Origin: a virus
Lineage: Duplodnaviria; Caudoviricetes
Virus record (IMG/VR): IMGVR_UViG_3300044846_003573
Strand: one strand, 5' to 3'
DNA: 64,000 bases
Below are positions 61,145-64,000 of the stretch, in pieces. The position numbers and the translations under genes were made by a program. Position 1 is the stretch's first letter, and every line of letters begins with the position of its first letter. The notes under the pieces were generated by a model. The model ran no database searches and was not told the origin of the DNA. It saw only the letters and a program-made list of their open reading frames with translations.

Positions 61145-62068
61145 TTATTTAACAAATTCAGTAATTAAGTCTGTCCATTTTTCACGACAACGTTCTAAAG
61201 TATATTCTTTTGAATAATACTCTCGTGGTGAAAAAAGTTGTCGATTGCTGGTAACATATCTTATTGTTTCAGGAAAATCTTCATCATTAGAAACTAATCC
61301 CCATGTTTTGTCATCTTGTCTATCTAAATAACACCCCATAGGTCTTGCAACCATCGGTATATCACACGCACCTATCTCAATTCCCGCAAAATGACCTTCT
61401 TCATTTCCTGAGGTACAAATACCACACACTGATGAATTTATTAAAAGTCTAACTGTATTTGTGTCAACTCTGTTAAATATTCTTACTCTATTTCTATTAT
61501 GTTCAGGAATTGCGTCAATAGTTGTATTATCTTTCATTACTAAACAAAAGTTAAAATCTGTCATTGTCTCAATAAGGTTTAAAACTCTATGAAATCCTTT
61601 TTTTTCGTAAGATGAATCACCTATGAATATAATTGAATTAGGTAAAACATCAGGATGTCTTTCAGGGATAGGTTTAAAAAAATTAAAGTCAGATGATTGT
61701 TCAATTACTCTTACATTTTTTGGATTAATTCTTTCTTTATAAAGATTATACGTTTGTTTAGAAGCAAAAACTACACAAGTACATGAATTTATAACTTCAG
61801 TTTGCATTGGATTATCCATAGTATCTTGTATCAGACAAAATGTTGGGACATCGATATTAAGTTTACGAAAATAACTTCCGTTTCTAATTATATAATCGGG
61901 ACGCTCTCTAATAGATTCTATTTTATTTGCTAATATTGCGTAACTTGTATGTCCGTCGCATTTATCTTGAAGACCTGGAAACCATTCTAATAGGTCATGC
62001 CAAAATGTTCTTGTATTTGGGATACACGTAAGTGTATCGTTAACTAACCACCCAATTTTATTATCCAT
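61145..62068 (-). CDS. GT4-like glycosyltransferase
   Basis: FIGD...KKG, EEGHFAGIEIGACDIPMVA. Confidence 0.75.
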   Translation of the reverse strand: MDNKIGWLVNDTLTCIPNTRTFWHDLLEWFPGLQDKCDGHTSYAILANKIESIRERPDYIIRNGSYFRKLNIDVPTFCLIQDTMDNPMQTEVINSCTCVVFASKQTYNLYKERINPKNVRVIEQSSDFNFFKPIPERHPDVLPNSIIFIGDSSYEKKGFHRVLNLIETMTDFNFCLVMKDNTTIDAIPEHNRNRVRIFNRVDTNTVRLLINSSVCGICTSGNEEGHFAGIEIGACDIPMVARPMGCYLDRQDDKTWGLVSNDEDFPETIRYVTSNRQLFSPREYYSKEYTLERCREKWTDLITEFVK

Positions 62069-62076
62069 AATTTATT

Positions 62077-63048
62077 TTATTTTTTATAAATGTTTAACCA
62101 ATAATCAATCATTTCATCCATCATTGTCTCAAAACTATATTCAGGACTCCATCCTAAAGACCTAATTTTACTTGAATCACCTTTAAGGTATGGTAATTCT
62201 TCAGGACGTAAAAACTTATCATTTTGAATGACATAGTCTTTATAATTTAAATTTAATTTACTAAAAACATATTCACACATATCTCTAACTGACCTTGATT
62301 CCCCAGTTGCAACAACTAAATCAACTGGTTTATCCTGTTGTAATATTAAATGCATTGCTTTTACATAATCTTTGGAGTGACCCCAATCCCTGTATGAGTC
62401 CATATTACCAAGTTCTAATTTATCTGATAACCCTAAACTTATCATCACCGCAGCTTTAACTACTTTATTAGTAACAAAATTAGAACCTCTACGAGGAGAT
62501 TCATGATTGAATAAAATACCATTGTTGGCATGTAAATTATATGCGTTTCTATAATTTCGAACAATGTTATACCCAAATACTTTACTACACCCATATGGTG
62601 AAACTGGATTCATGTGAGTTGTTTCTCTTTGGTATCCATCAGGGTCTACCGAACTTCCAAACATTTCCGAACTACTTGCTTGGTAAAATTTCGCATTAGG
62701 ACAAATTCTACGATAAGCATCTAAAATATTTAAAACACCTAAAGAATTAACTTGTGATGTAAATTGTGGAATATCGTAACTAATACGTACATGACTTTGA
62801 GCCGCTAAATTGTATATCTCATCAGGTTGTATTTCATTTAATAATCGTTCAATGTTGGATTGGTCTAACAAGTCACCATAATATATATTTATTTTGTCTC
62901 GTATTTCGTCAAGTCTACTTTGTTGGTGTTCAGGTGTAGAATTTCTTCTTATAATACCATGAACTTCATATCCTAATGATAAAAGATATTCCGCTAGATA
63001 TGACCCATCTTGGCCACCTACACCGGTTATAAATGCACGTTTAATCAT
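62077..63048 (-). CDS. gmd: GDP-mannose 4,6-dehydratase
   Basis: ITGVGGQDGSYLA, YNLAAQSHV, QASSSEMFG, SPYGCSK, LFNHESPRRG.NFVT. Confidence 0.95.
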   Translation of the reverse strand: MIKRAFITGVGGQDGSYLAEYLLSLGYEVHGIIRRNSTPEHQQSRLDEIRDKINIYYGDLLDQSNIERLLNEIQPDEIYNLAAQSHVRISYDIPQFTSQVNSLGVLNILDAYRRICPNAKFYQASSSEMFGSSVDPDGYQRETTHMNPVSPYGCSKVFGYNIVRNYRNAYNLHANNGILFNHESPRRGSNFVTNKVVKAAVMISLGLSDKLELGNMDSYRDWGHSKDYVKAMHLILQQDKPVDLVVATGESRSVRDMCEYVFSKLNLNYKDYVIQNDKFLRPEELPYLKGDSSKIRSLGWSPEYSFETMMDEMIDYWLNIYKK

Positions 63049-63057
63049 ATTTTATTT

Positions 63058-63666
63058 TTAACTTTTAAAAAAATTCATTTTAGTCAAATCTGGCCAATCC
63101 TCATATCTCCATTTTCTAGGATTTGTATTAATAGCATTAGACAATTTATCTAATCCTAATTTGGCGGTCTCAGGAGTCATGTAATAATGGTAACCCATTG
63201 TGTCAATATTTTGTTCTCTCCATGGGATGTTGGGTAATCTACCATCATAACTCATTTTTTTTAACTGAATAGCATCTTGTTCGTTGTCCAAAAGAATCAT
63301 CCCTCCTCTACCTAAACTTAAATGTTTTTGAAATTGAAAACTTAAACACATATATGTGTTTGGTATATAACTGTCTTTTTTCCACAATACCGCTGCGTCA
63401 ATTATTCTTTTTTCTTCGTAATTTAAAGTGTAATAATCTTCCCATTTTTCATCTCTCCAATCTAATCCAATTCCCAATTTTTTAGACAACATGGGTACGG
63501 ACAAATAAGTTCTTAATGGGACATTAATTTTAGTAGCATTTGTTAATCTTAAACATAATTCAATACCATGTGTACAACTATCTACAGCAACTGCGTAAGG
63601 TGCATTGTAAAATTGTGATATCCTTTTTTCAAATTCTGTCACAATATCCATATTTACTTGTTCCAT
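63058..63666 (-). CDS. Short DegT/DnrJ/EryC1/StrS-family PLP aminotransferase
   Basis: YAVAVDSCTHG, IDAA, SFQFQKHL (PLP Lys), GRGG, GYHYYM; only 202 aa. Confidence 0.75.
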   Translation of the reverse strand: MEQVNMDIVTEFEKRISQFYNAPYAVAVDSCTHGIELCLRLTNATKINVPLRTYLSVPMLSKKLGIGLDWRDEKWEDYYTLNYEEKRIIDAAVLWKKDSYIPNTYMCLSFQFQKHLSLGRGGMILLDNEQDAIQLKKMSYDGRLPNIPWREQNIDTMGYHYYMTPETAKLGLDKLSNAINTNPRKWRYEDWPDLTKMNFFKS

Positions 63667-63670
63667 AAGA

Positions 63671-64000
63671 TTAGTAATTATATCCTAATTTTTTTGCGTT
63701 GTAAAGTATTTTTGTACTATCTATTTTTTTAACTAAAACTGCGGGATTTCCTTTATATACCCCCCATTCTTCAGTATCTCCCATTAATAAACTACCTGCG
63801 GATAATAGAACACCACGTCTTAATCTTGAGCCGGGTAATACAATAGAATTTGTTCCGATATTAGAAAATTCTTCAATAAGAACAGGTTTAATTATTTGAG
63901 TACCTTTTAATTCTTCAGGTATCATCGCACCAAATAATCCACTATCATCAAATCTATCTGAACCACATACAATTCTAGCTCCGGCCATTATGTTATTAAA
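63671..64000 (-). CDS. Hexapeptide-repeat (LbH) acyltransferase, 5' end outside the window
   Basis: Frame open to the window edge; PVLIEEFSNIGTNSIVLPG...GSL...VYKGNPA. Confidence 0.8.
   Translation of the reverse strand, partial: FNNIMAGARIVCGSDRFDDSGLFGAMIPEELKGTQIIKPVLIEEFSNIGTNSIVLPGSRLRRGVLLSAGSLLMGDTEEWGVYKGNPAVLVKKIDSTKILYNAKKLGYNY

Noticed and set aside
1-64000. Stop-codon reassignment (TAG/TGA recoding seen in some jumbo phages)
   Set aside because: Core genes (terminase, portal, MCP, Clp, Gmd) are full length under code 11, and coding density is high without read-through.
1-64000. Eukaryotic giant-virus or bacterial chromosome origin suggested by the sugar genes and Clp
   Set aside because: T4-type head module, gp55-like sigma, tmRNA and bS21 together with dense hypothetical genes fit a jumbo phage.

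Overview
This AT-rich window comes from a large T4-like (jumbo) bacteriophage, most likely infecting a Bacteroidota host. The host inference rests on TAnnTTTG promoters, a Flavobacteria-type bS21 and a Gln(+1) signal peptide. It carries the head module (terminase, portal, prohead protease, scaffold, major capsid protein), a gp5-like baseplate gene, a gp55-like late sigma factor, tRNA-Arg(UCU) and a tmRNA with an unusual tag. It also encodes a ClpC-type ATPase lacking its N-domain, an M28 peptidase, an FKBP, PhoH, a PPK2-lysozyme fusion, an M15-like/amidase hydrolase and a ~10 kb nucleotide-sugar/glycosyltransferase cluster. The strongest unexplained signals are: (1) a shared short leader ending in [ILV]-x-E on about 15 unrelated proteins, with internal sites that suggest prohead-protease-processed capsid cargo polyproteins; (2) a TATTTAT late-promoter motif often only 4-8 nt from start codons, implying leaderless mRNAs; (3) a tmRNA/Clp/peptidase cluster; (4) an [ST]-G-x-T motif enriched in virion proteins near the glycosylation genes. 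All product calls come from motif recognition by eye; no database searches were run.
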